Shown here: in pieces, positions 9,016-17,468 of the stretch
Layout of the letters: each line of letters opens with the position of its first letter
Numbering within the stretch: position 1 is the stretch's first letter
Source of the DNA: an uncultured Opitutales bacterium
GTDB taxonomy: Bacteria; Verrucomicrobiota; Verrucomicrobiia; Opitutales; Intestinicryptomonadaceae
Length of the DNA: 32,000 nt
Assembly: GCA_934660865.1 (NCBI GenBank)
Contig: CAKUIA010000002.1
Span: 120,001-152,000, forward strand
Direction of reading: 5' to 3'
Made by a program: the position numbers and the translations under genes
The notes under the pieces: generated by a model
Database searches by the model: none
The model's input: the letters and a program-made list of their open reading frames with translations, nothing else
Told to the model about the DNA's origin: nothing

Positions 9016-9066
9016 CAAAAAAACGCCGTTTCGGGGAAATTCCAAAACGGCGTTTTTGTTTTTTTA
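9016..9066. terminator. bidirectional rho-independent terminator (Rrf2 gene / 609-aa gene)
   Basis: AACGCCGTTT (9022-9031) pairs with AAACGGCGTT (9045-9054). An A-run (9017-9023) lies upstream and a long T-rich run (9053-9065) downstream. Confidence 0.75.
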
Positions 9067-9075
9067 ATTAAATGC

Positions 9076-10905
9076 CTAAAAAAGGTTTACAAAGCGCTGC
9101 CACAAGCCCGGCTTAAAGAGCCTGTATGCCATCGGGGCAACCAGTTCGCCGTTATATTCGAAAGGCGCCTGCGAGTAGTTTGTTATAATTTCGCTGCCGT
9201 CCGAAAATACCGATTTAAACACGTTGTCGGCAATTTGGCAATGGTCTTGCATAAATTCGTACTGCAAATAGCCGAGCTCTTTCATAAGCTCGTAGCCCTG
9301 TTTTACCGCGGCAACCGACTTTTTTGTCTCCTCGGGGTTGGAGCAAAGCAGGTCGTTTTTGCCCATCCAGTTCATGTCCAATTTATCGGAAAACGCCGAG
9401 TTAAAATAAAATGTCGGCTTTGTCGCAAACTCGGCAACCTTAAGCTGCGCCCACTTTTCCTTTATGGGGAAATTTACGGTGTCGGTTGCGGCGTTGCTCA
9501 TAATTATGCCGTTATAAACTATGTGCCACATGGGAACGTATCTGTCGGTCAGCTTCGGATAGTTTTTCGGGTTTAGGTTGTAGGTAATATACAGGCCAAA
9601 ATCAAGGTTTGCGGCCACAAAGTCGTAGCCGCCCTCGCTTGCGGCGCCGCCCATAAGGGAGGCTGCATCGGCAAGCTCCCTGTTCCAATATTCCGACGAG
9701 GCTTTCGAAGTTATCGGGTGTTCTTTGCTGTGGCAGGCAACTGGGCCTACGGTTGAAATTACGTCTATATAGTGCATGCCCCTAAAGCCCAATTCGGTAA
9801 TTTTTTGTATGTTTTCCTTCGAAAACTTTTGGTAGTAGCGCTTCGGACAAAATCTGTAGTTTTGCCCGTTAGACCATACTCCGCCCTTTCGCAACTTCCC
9901 TTTTTCGTCTATCGAAATATCGTTTTTGTCGAAGTTGGGCGACACGTTGCAGGCCCCCACGGCGTTGGAGTGGCAGACAATCTGAAAGCCCATTTTTTGG
10001 GATTCCTTAATCAGATTGCGCAAGCCCTTTTCGCCGCCGAGTTTCGGCTCTACGGGGAATGAATCGGGCCAGCGGCCGTCGTGGCCGCTTTTGTTCCAGC
10101 CTACAAGGCAAATTTCGGCTTTGTCTACGCCGGCCTGCAACAGGTCTTTTTCTATTTCGCAAACCTTTGCAAACGGAATTTTAACCTTCATTTCGGGCTC
10201 GTTTTCCAAAGTCTGCTCTACAACCGGCGTAGGATACGGCTTCCACCCAAGCCTCATTCTTATTTCGCAGGATTGCACGGCATACGCCAATTCGGGATTG
10301 TCTTTTGCCCTTACCTTAAGAGGCACAACTTCGCCCGAATCAAGCTTAAGCTTTCTATATAGACGCGCCGCGCCCGCATAGGTTGCGTCTTTGCCTTTTA
10401 GGGGGTAAAACTTGACAATTAAATCTTCAAACGGCTTTTCGCTTTGGGTTAAATAAATGTATTCGTAGTCGTACACGCCGTTTTTTAGCGCAATTTTAGA
10501 CTTGCACAAAAAGCGCAGCGTTTCGGTAATCATTGCAAAAGCTTTGCCGTTTACATTCACCGCCGAAAGCGCCAGCGGCTGCTGCCAGCACTGCCTTTCG
10601 CCATCGGGCTTTTGTGTAAAGTTTACAAGCATCGAATCCGGGCTGACAAAAAAGCCCTTGTCGCCGATTTTTGCCTTTGCAAATTCGGGGGCTACAATAA
10701 CGTATTTTGCGTTTTGCGGAATGTCGCTTTTTGCGATTTTAAGCGTAAAGACGCCGTTTGCGTCTTCCGGCAACTTAATGCGCTGCTCGACGGGCTTGCC
10801 CGACTCGAATTTGTAGACAATTTTAACGTATTCGTCGGCAGCCAAAGCTGTTGCAAATGCCAACGACACCATAAATACGGCGAATTTTTTTAACATAATC
10901 ATCAT
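9076..10905 (-). CDS. secreted hypothetical protein, putative glycoside-hydrolase-like (TIM-barrel-type) protein
   Basis: 609 aa with an SPase-I signal peptide (MMIMLKKFAVFMVSLAFATALA/ADEY). The central segment CLVGWNKSGHDGRWPDSFPVEPKLGGEKGL...QIVCHSN...FRGMHYIDV resembles uncharacterised GH-like families (possibly DUF5696-type, from uncertain recall). Three in-frame ATGs at 10905, 10902 and 10896. Confidence 0.75.
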   Translation of the reverse strand: MMIMLKKFAVFMVSLAFATALAADEYVKIVYKFESGKPVEQRIKLPEDANGVFTLKIAKSDIPQNAKYVIVAPEFAKAKIGDKGFFVSPDSMLVNFTQKPDGERQCWQQPLALSAVNVNGKAFAMITETLRFLCKSKIALKNGVYDYEYIYLTQSEKPFEDLIVKFYPLKGKDATYAGAARLYRKLKLDSGEVVPLKVRAKDNPELAYAVQSCEIRMRLGWKPYPTPVVEQTLENEPEMKVKIPFAKVCEIEKDLLQAGVDKAEICLVGWNKSGHDGRWPDSFPVEPKLGGEKGLRNLIKESQKMGFQIVCHSNAVGACNVSPNFDKNDISIDEKGKLRKGGVWSNGQNYRFCPKRYYQKFSKENIQKITELGFRGMHYIDVISTVGPVACHSKEHPITSKASSEYWNRELADAASLMGGAASEGGYDFVAANLDFGLYITYNLNPKNYPKLTDRYVPMWHIVYNGIIMSNAATDTVNFPIKEKWAQLKVAEFATKPTFYFNSAFSDKLDMNWMGKNDLLCSNPEETKKSVAAVKQGYELMKELGYLQYEFMQDHCQIADNVFKSVFSDGSEIITNYSQAPFEYNGELVAPMAYRLFKPGLWQRFVNLF

Positions 10906-10925
10906 ATATCAAGCGTTTGTAATTA

Positions 10926-10939
10926 GGTTAACGTTTATA
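10926..10939. promoter_or_regulatory. candidate LacI/cre-type operator (GGTTAACGTTTATA; bottom strand TATAAACGTTAACC)
   Basis: 12/14 identical to the palindrome at 26652-26665. Overlaps the predicted -10 of the 609-aa gene. Confidence 0.3.
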
Positions 10940-10962
10940 AAAAATGCAAAAGTGCATATCAA
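10934..10962 (-). promoter_or_regulatory. candidate sigma70-type promoter of the 609-aa gene
   Basis: The minus strand reads TTGATA (10962-10957), a 17-nt spacer, then TATAAA (10939-10934), about 30 nt upstream of the ATG. Caveat: the spacer contains ATGCA-cttt-TGCAT followed by T6. That could instead be a weak terminator for the upstream ABC operon. Confidence 0.35.
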
Positions 10963-10972
10963 GAAAATTTGT

Positions 10973-11755
10973 CTAGGCCTGCAGCTTTTCCTTTAAAAAT
11001 TCGCCAAGCCTGTTTATAGAAAACAGCGTAAGCGAAAAGGCAATGCTCGGGAAAATCAAAAGGTGGGGAGCCGTTTCCATTAAGTCTGCCCCCTCGCTAA
11101 GCAATGTTCCCCACGACGGCAGCGGAGCCTGCACGCCCAGCCCCAAAAAGCTTAAGAAAGATTCCAGCAACATCACGCTCGGCACGGTAAGCGTTGCGCA
11201 CACGATAACGGCGGGCAAGGCGTTCGGCAAAATGTGTTTTACTATTATCCTAAAAGTGCTTTGCCCCAAAACCGCCGAAGCCTCGACAAACTGCCTGCTT
11301 TTAAGCTCCAAAACCTGCCCCCTTACAATTCTTGCCATTGTCATCCACTCGGCAATGCCGAGGGCTGCAAACAAAAGCCAAACGCTTCTGCCAAAAGCCA
11401 GCGTAAGCAAAATAACAATAACCGCAAAGGGCAAAGAATAGGCAATGTCTACAATGCGCATCATAACATAGTCGCACTTTTTGCCGAAATACGCGCTTAC
11501 AATGCCGTAGGCTACGCCCACAACCGACGCAAACAAAGTGGCAAAAATGCCTATCGCAAAAGACACGCGCCCGCCGTACAACATTCTCGAAAACAGGTCG
11601 CGCCCGAGATTGTCGGTGCCGAATATGTGCTTTAATGTAGGCGCGCATGCCCCAAGCTGCAGGTTTTGTTCGGCGTAGCTATAGGGTGCAAACACGTCGG
11701 CGCCCATGCACAAAACAAAGCATACGATTAAAAACGCAAAACAAAATTTCCTCAT
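10973..11755 (-). CDS. ABC transporter permease, Opp/Dpp type (OppC/DppC-like)
   Basis: Polytopic membrane protein. Carries the C-terminal motif FLSFLGLGVQAPLPSWGTLLSEG typical of OppC/DppC. ATGA overlap with the upstream permease gene (11752-11755). Confidence 0.9.
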   Translation of the reverse strand: MRKFCFAFLIVCFVLCMGADVFAPYSYAEQNLQLGACAPTLKHIFGTDNLGRDLFSRMLYGGRVSFAIGIFATLFASVVGVAYGIVSAYFGKKCDYVMMRIVDIAYSLPFAVIVILLTLAFGRSVWLLFAALGIAEWMTMARIVRGQVLELKSRQFVEASAVLGQSTFRIIVKHILPNALPAVIVCATLTVPSVMLLESFLSFLGLGVQAPLPSWGTLLSEGADLMETAPHLLIFPSIAFSLTLFSINRLGEFLKEKLQA

Positions 11756-12684
11756 TTTCTAAGCCCCAAATTAGACGCGATTTTAGGATTAAGCACCGCC
11801 AGCAAAATGTCGGAGAGTATGTTGAATGCCACTATAAAAAACGCGTAAACCAAAACGCAGCCCATAATCATTGTATAGTCGCTGTCCAGCGCGCTTGAAA
11901 TAAAGAAGCGCCCCAAGCCCGAAATTTGGAATATGCTTTCTATCACAAACGAGCCCGTAAGCAGGCCGGCGGCGGCGGGCCCTATGTACGACGCCAGCGG
12001 AATTGCCGCGTTTTTAAGCACATGCACAAAATAAATTCTAAAAGAGCCCACGCCTTTTGCGCGCGCGGTTTTTATGTAGGCCTTTTCGGTAATTTCGGCG
12101 CATTGGCTGCGGCAAAGGCGGGCAATCCACGCGCAATAGAACAGCGCCAGCGACACCGAGGGCAGCACCGCCGCCGAAGCCCCTTCAAAGCCTATTGCGG
12201 GAAATATCCTTATTTTCAGCGCAAACATTAAAATCAGCAGCGGCGCAACCACAAAAGACGGCAGGCAAATGCCCAGCAAACTTAGCGCCGACAAAACCCT
12301 GTCGGTTTTCGTATTTTTAAATGCGGCGCACACCACGCCCGTGGCAACTCCAAAAACAAGGGCTATAAGCAGCGCATACAAACCCAGCTGCAAACTTACG
12401 GGGGCTTTTTCGGCTATAAGCTCGTTTACGCTCCAACCCTCGTATTTATACGACGGCCCCAATTCGCCGTGCGCCAAATTTTTAAGAAACTGCAAATACT
12501 GCGCGTACACGGGCTTGTCGAATCCGTAGTAGGCGTTTAAAGCCTTTAGGGCGTCTTCGCTTAGTGGTCTTTCCCTGTCGAATGGCCCGCCGGGGACAAG
12601 CCTTACCATAAAAAACGTAAGGGTTGCTATTACAAACAAAACGGGAACAGCCCCGAAAATTCTCTTTAGCAAAAATTTAAACAT
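11752..12684 (-). CDS. ABC transporter permease, Opp/Dpp type (OppB/DppB-like)
   Basis: N-terminus MFKFLLKRIFGAVPVLFVIATLTFFMVRLVPGGPF and the ARAKG loop are typical of OppB/DppB. The start directly abuts the stop of the binding-protein gene (12684/12685). Confidence 0.9.
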   Translation of the reverse strand: MFKFLLKRIFGAVPVLFVIATLTFFMVRLVPGGPFDRERPLSEDALKALNAYYGFDKPVYAQYLQFLKNLAHGELGPSYKYEGWSVNELIAEKAPVSLQLGLYALLIALVFGVATGVVCAAFKNTKTDRVLSALSLLGICLPSFVVAPLLILMFALKIRIFPAIGFEGASAAVLPSVSLALFYCAWIARLCRSQCAEITEKAYIKTARAKGVGSFRIYFVHVLKNAAIPLASYIGPAAAGLLTGSFVIESIFQISGLGRFFISSALDSDYTMIMGCVLVYAFFIVAFNILSDILLAVLNPKIASNLGLRK

Positions 12685-14253
12685 TTAAAAGTGCGCCGAT
12701 TTATAGTTGTGGTAGTCCAGCTTGTTTGTGCTCCAGCCCTTTAAAAGGGGGCTTTTTAAAAATATTCTCTTGTAGTAGAAAAGCGGAAGAACAACGGCCT
12801 CGTTGTCCATTATCTTTTGCGCGTCTTTGTAGCGCTGCTGAAAAACCGCTTTGTCGAAATCGGGATTTTTCCACCCCGAATTGTTAAGGGGGCTGTCGCT
12901 TAAAAAGTTCGACAAAAAGCTTTCGGGCGAAAGGTAGTCCGCCGTCCAGCTTGCCCTTGTAATGTCGAAATCGCCCTTGCTGCGAGCGTCGAGATACGCG
13001 GGCCACGAAAGATTGTATAGCTCTACAAAAACCCCCAGGTTTTTGCGCAGGCACTCCTGCAAAGATTCCGCAATGGGCTTGTGCTGCTGCGAAGTGTTGT
13101 ATACAAGCCTTATTTTCGGGAAACCCTTTCCCCCGGGGTAGCCCGCCTTTGCCAAAAGCTCTTTGGCCAATTCTATATTTTCGGCGCGGGCTTTGTCGTT
13201 TACGTTTAAATCGGGCACAAGAGAGTATGCGGGAGTTTGCCCGCCCTTCATGCACGAATCTATTATGGGGGTTCTGTTTACCGCCAAGCTAAACGCCCTG
13301 CGCACAAGCGCGTTGTCAAAGGGCGGCCTTTTGGCGTTAAACACATAGTAGTAGGTTGCGTACCAGTCGCCCTTTTGCAGATAGCCCGAAGCTTTTTTGT
13401 TTTCCTTTTCAAGCCTTATTGCCGAAACGCTGTCGGTTAGGTGCAGCTGCCCCGCAAAAAACGCCCTGTCTTCGGTGTTCATATTAGTTATGGGCAAAAA
13501 GCGTATGCCGTTTATCTTTATGTTTTTTGCGTCCCAATAGCCCGGGTTTTTTTCGACTTGCACCTGCGAATTTATCTCGTAGCGGACAAGCCTAAATGCG
13601 CCGTTTACAACCATATTTTCGGGGCGCGTCCATTTGGATATTCTGCTTGCATGGGCGTTAAAGGCCTCCAGGTTTTTCTGGTTTAGCGGCATATACGAAG
13701 TATGGTACAAAAAATTTAAAAAGTCGCTTCTGGGGCGCTCGAGCTCTACAAGCAAAGTATCGTCGTCCAAAGCTTTTGCGCCCAGCGTTTCGGCGGCTTT
13801 TTTGCCCTTGTTTACGTCTTTTGCGTTTTTTATCGGGTACAACATTCCCGCATATTGCGCCCCGAGTTTGGGGTTTAAAATGCGCCGCCAGGCATACACA
13901 AAGTCGCCGGCTTTTACCTTGTCGCCGTTCGACCAATAGGCGGTTTTTCTTATCTTAAAAACATAGCTTTTGCCGTCGGGCGAAATTGTCCAGCTTTCGG
14001 CCTGGGCTGGCTTAATTTGCAGTGTGCTTTCGTCGGGGCTTACAAGCCCCTCGAACAGCGCGCCTATTATCTTCGATTCGCTAAGCCCCGTTGCAATGCT
14101 GGGGTCTAGGGAGGCGGGGTCGGCACTGTTGCCCATAAGCAGGATTTTTTGCTGCGCGCAAACTTCGGCGTCGCCCGAAAGGGGCTTTTTGGAGCAACCT
14201 AAAACAAGCGCCGCAAAAAGCGCCGCAAACAAAACTGAAAACCGATTCCTCAT
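12685..14253 (-). CDS. ABC transporter substrate-binding lipoprotein, family 5 (peptide/nickel OppA-type)
   Basis: Lipobox VLG-C20. 522 aa with SBP_bac_5-like features (LDPS..., WSNGDKVKAGDFVYAW, YNTSQQHK). TAATG overlap with the upstream ATPase gene at 14251-14255. Confidence 0.9.
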   Translation of the reverse strand: MRNRFSVLFAALFAALVLGCSKKPLSGDAEVCAQQKILLMGNSADPASLDPSIATGLSESKIIGALFEGLVSPDESTLQIKPAQAESWTISPDGKSYVFKIRKTAYWSNGDKVKAGDFVYAWRRILNPKLGAQYAGMLYPIKNAKDVNKGKKAAETLGAKALDDDTLLVELERPRSDFLNFLYHTSYMPLNQKNLEAFNAHASRISKWTRPENMVVNGAFRLVRYEINSQVQVEKNPGYWDAKNIKINGIRFLPITNMNTEDRAFFAGQLHLTDSVSAIRLEKENKKASGYLQKGDWYATYYYVFNAKRPPFDNALVRRAFSLAVNRTPIIDSCMKGGQTPAYSLVPDLNVNDKARAENIELAKELLAKAGYPGGKGFPKIRLVYNTSQQHKPIAESLQECLRKNLGVFVELYNLSWPAYLDARSKGDFDITRASWTADYLSPESFLSNFLSDSPLNNSGWKNPDFDKAVFQQRYKDAQKIMDNEAVVLPLFYYKRIFLKSPLLKGWSTNKLDYHNYKSAHF

Positions 14254-15050
14254 TAGAATACGGGAATTGAAGCTATAAGCTTTTTAGTGTACGGGTGTTG
14301 CGGGCAAGCTACAAGCTCTTCGGCGGCGCCCTGCTCTACAATGCGCCCCTTTGTCATAACCATTATCCTGTCGCTTATGTGCTCTACAACGGCCAAATCG
14401 TGCGCGATAAACAGCATAGAAAGCCCAAGATTTTTCTTTAGGTCTTCAAGCAAATTTATAATCGAGGCCTGAACGGAAACGTCGAGCGCGCTTACGGGTT
14501 CGTCGCAAACCAAAAACTGCGGCTTTACCGCCAGCGCCCTTGCAATGCCTATGCGCTGGCGTTGCCCGCCGCTAAACTCGTGCGGGAACCTTTCCATAAA
14601 GTCGGCCTTAAGCCCAACCGTTTCAAGCAAAGAGGCAACTTCGTCCTTTCGTTGGGCATAGGTCATATTCCTAAAATGTATTTCCAGCGGCTCCGAAATT
14701 ATTTTAAAAACGCTCATTTTCGGATTCAGCGAATTGAACGGGTCCTGAAACACCATCTGTATTTTTTTGCGGAACGGCATAAAGTCTTTGCGCGATAGAT
14801 TGTCTATGCGCGTGCCCCCGAAAAATATTTCGCCCTTGGCGGGTTTTACAAGCGATACAATGCTGCGGCCTATGGTGGTTTTGCCCGAGCCGCTTTCGCC
14901 CACAAGCCCTACGGTTTCGCCCTTTTTTACGGCAAACGAAACGTCGTCGACGGCGTTGAACGATTTTTTGCCGCCGCCGAAAAGCCCCGACGAATTGTCG
15001 AAGCTTACAACCAAGTTTTTCACCTCAAGCAATGTGTTTTGCGAATCCAT
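14253..15050 (-). CDS. ABC transporter ATP-binding protein (OppF/DppF-like, short form)
   Basis: Walker A GESGSGKT, signature FSGGQRQR, Walker B FLVCDEPVSALD. Ends right after the QHPYTKKLI motif, so it lacks the usual C-terminal extension. Confidence 0.9.
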   Translation of the reverse strand: MDSQNTLLEVKNLVVSFDNSSGLFGGGKKSFNAVDDVSFAVKKGETVGLVGESGSGKTTIGRSIVSLVKPAKGEIFFGGTRIDNLSRKDFMPFRKKIQMVFQDPFNSLNPKMSVFKIISEPLEIHFRNMTYAQRKDEVASLLETVGLKADFMERFPHEFSGGQRQRIGIARALAVKPQFLVCDEPVSALDVSVQASIINLLEDLKKNLGLSMLFIAHDLAVVEHISDRIMVMTKGRIVEQGAAEELVACPQHPYTKKLIASIPVF

Positions 15051-15051
15051 T

Positions 15052-15879
15052 TTACAAATTGTCGTAGTCTATGCTTACCAGTTTTTCGTCCTTGTGCCCG
15101 AGCCTCGGAACGCAGGCGATAAGCGCCTTTGTGTAGGGGTGCTGCGGGTTTTTAAGCACGTCTTTTGTATGGCCGCTTTCCACAATTTGCCCCCTGAACA
15201 TTACCATAACCTTTTCGCACAAAGACGAAATTATGCCGAAATTGTGCGTTATTAAAATAAGCGACATTTTGCGCTTTTCGTGCACCGATTTTAAAAGGTC
15301 TATAATCTGTTTTTGGATTGTTACGTCGAGCGCGGTTGTAGGCTCGTCGGCAACCAAAAGGGAGGGCGCGCAGCTTAGCGCCATTGCAATCATGGCCCTT
15401 TGCTGCATGCCGCCCGAAAGCTCGTGCGGGTATGCGTCGTACCTTAGGTTTGCGTCCCTTATGCCCACTTGTTCGAGCATTTTCACCACAAAAGCCCTAA
15501 CGTTTTTCTCTTCGGGCATGTGTATTTTTACGGCCTCGGCAATTTGCGAGCCTATTGTAAAAACGGGGTTAAGCGAAGCCGACGCCTCCTGAAAAACGTA
15601 GGCGATTTTTGCGCCCCTTATTTTGCGAAGCTCGCCTGGCGCCATTTTAAGTATGTCGCGCCCGTTTAGCAGTATTTCGCCCGAAATTTCGCAGGCGGGC
15701 GGCTTCGGCAGCAGCTTTGTAAAGGAAAGCGACGTAACCGTTTTGCCCGAGCCGCTTTCGCCTACAATGGCAACCGAGTCGCCGTCGTTTATGTCGAACG
15801 AAACGCCCTTTACCGCCTCCGTTCTGCGCGAACCGGAATTGAAGGCAATTTTTAAATCCCTTACCGAAAGTAAACTCAT
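15052..15879 (-). CDS. ABC transporter ATP-binding protein (OppD/DppD-like, short form)
   Basis: Walker A GESGSGKT, signature LSGGMQQR, Walker B LLVADEPTTALD, and QHPYTKALI near the C-terminus. One nt separates its start (15879) from the stop of the kinase gene (15881-15883). Confidence 0.9.
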   Translation of the reverse strand: MSLLSVRDLKIAFNSGSRRTEAVKGVSFDINDGDSVAIVGESGSGKTVTSLSFTKLLPKPPACEISGEILLNGRDILKMAPGELRKIRGAKIAYVFQEASASLNPVFTIGSQIAEAVKIHMPEEKNVRAFVVKMLEQVGIRDANLRYDAYPHELSGGMQQRAMIAMALSCAPSLLVADEPTTALDVTIQKQIIDLLKSVHEKRKMSLILITHNFGIISSLCEKVMVMFRGQIVESGHTKDVLKNPQHPYTKALIACVPRLGHKDEKLVSIDYDNL

Positions 15880-15880
15880 T

Positions 15881-16288
15881 TTATACGCGTTTTTTCAATA
15901 TAATTTCATTGGCGCAACCTTTTCTGGAATACGAAAATTCGTCCATATTCTTTTGGCAGAAATATATGCCCAGTCCCCCTATTTTGCGCTCGTCTATGCC
16001 CGAAGTTAAATCGGCTTTTTGCACCGCCTTTGTAGGGTCGAATTCGGGGGCAAAGTCGCGCAAAAGAACTTCGGCTGTATTTCCGTTTAGGGCAAGCTCC
16101 ACCTCTATTTTGCCGTCGGGCTTTCCCTTGTAGCCGTATGTTGCCGAATTTGTAAAAAGCTCGTCCAGACAAAGGTTTATGGCGAATATTGCGGCACTGC
16201 CCACGCCCCTTTGCGCAAAAAACTCCTCCACGTCTTGGGCAAGACGCTCCACATTTTCCAGCGCGCTTGTGTATGTTTTTTTCGTCAT
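15881..16288 (-). CDS. RsbW/SpoIIAB-type anti-sigma-factor-like serine kinase (HATPase_c_2)
   Basis: 135 aa. N-box-like LDELFTNSATYG, G-box-like LLRDFAPEFDP and GGLGIYFCQKNMDEF. The size and motif order are those of partner-switching kinases. ATGA overlap with the phosphatase gene. Confidence 0.8.
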   Translation of the reverse strand: MTKKTYTSALENVERLAQDVEEFFAQRGVGSAAIFAINLCLDELFTNSATYGYKGKPDGKIEVELALNGNTAEVLLRDFAPEFDPTKAVQKADLTSGIDERKIGGLGIYFCQKNMDEFSYSRKGCANEIILKKRV

Positions 16289-17457
16289 TTTACGGACACT
16301 TTAAAGAGGCTGAAATCGTCGTCGAAATTGTCGCGGCCCTGAACGGTTTGCACCGCCTTTTTTATCTCCTTTAACGACGATGTTTGTTTTATTATTTCCG
16401 CAAAATCGTCTATTGTCATCATCGACTTGCAGCCCGACTTTTCCACCTCGTAAACGCCGTCGGAAAACACAAACAGGTCGCTGCCGGGCAAAATTTCGGT
16501 TTGCTCTTGAACATAGTCTATGCCCATGTTCGAGCCTACAACAAGCCCCCTTGTACCCAAAAAACGCAGGCCGTTTTTGTCCTTTAAAATGGCGGGCGGG
16601 TGCCCCCCGCTGGAATATTTTAAAATGCGCGTCTTTGTATTGTACACGCCGTACCACAATGTAAAAAACATTCCGTTTTGCTTTTCCATGTCGAAGGCTT
16701 TGCCCATTGCGTTAAGCACTTCGGCAGGCTCTTTAAAATCGACGCTTGCAAGCGTGCGCGAGCGCAAAACGTTTACCGCCGAAACCGACAGCAACGCCGC
16801 TCCGACGCCGTGGCCGCATACGTCTAGCAGGTAAACCGCGTAGTTTTCGGCGTCTATAAAGCCGTATCCGAAACAGTCTCCGCCGAGCATTGTAGAGCTT
16901 TGAAACTCCCAGTCGCACGAAAGCGAATCGTACGAGCATTTTTCGGGCAAAAGGCTTTCCACATAGCTTTGCGCCTGGTGCAGCTCTTTTTTTAGCGCGT
17001 TTTGGCTTTCCTGCAAAAGGCGCATTGCCCTGTTTTTTTCGCAATAGTTTATGTAGGCTTTCGAGTGGTATTCTATTCTGGCAAGCATTTCCAGCTTGTC
17101 GGGCAGCTTTACCATATAGTCGTTCGCGCCGTTTGCAAAGGCCTGGTATTTAATTTCGGCATTGTCGGTTGCCGACAATACAATCATCGGCACCTCGGCG
17201 GTAATGGGATTTTTTCTGAACTCCTTTACCAAATCAAGCCCGTCCATTTCGGGCATCGACAAGTCCTGCAAAATTACGGTGGGCCTTACCTTTTCGGCAA
17301 CGGCAACGGCCTCGAGCGGGTTTTGGCAAAACGTAAAAACATAGCCCGTTTCGGCAAGCATTCGCTTGAGAACCTCGCCGAAAATGGCCTGGTCGTCAAC
17401 CATCAAAACCGAAATTTTCGAGCCGAAACCGTTTTTAGCTTCGTCAAAAATCTGCAT
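16285..17457 (-). CDS. response regulator receiver fused to a PP2C/SpoIIE-type serine phosphatase (RsbU-like)
   Basis: REC domain: VLMVDDQ, phospho-acceptor context ILQDLSMPEMDG, DYMVKL. PP2C domain: GGDCFGY, LLDVCGHGVGAALLS, FVFSDGVYE, FDDDFSL. Confidence 0.9.
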   Translation of the reverse strand: MQIFDEAKNGFGSKISVLMVDDQAIFGEVLKRMLAETGYVFTFCQNPLEAVAVAEKVRPTVILQDLSMPEMDGLDLVKEFRKNPITAEVPMIVLSATDNAEIKYQAFANGANDYMVKLPDKLEMLARIEYHSKAYINYCEKNRAMRLLQESQNALKKELHQAQSYVESLLPEKCSYDSLSCDWEFQSSTMLGGDCFGYGFIDAENYAVYLLDVCGHGVGAALLSVSAVNVLRSRTLASVDFKEPAEVLNAMGKAFDMEKQNGMFFTLWYGVYNTKTRILKYSSGGHPPAILKDKNGLRFLGTRGLVVGSNMGIDYVQEQTEILPGSDLFVFSDGVYEVEKSGCKSMMTIDDFAEIIKQTSSLKEIKKAVQTVQGRDNFDDDFSLFKVSVK

Positions 17458-17468
17458 AGGAAATTTCC

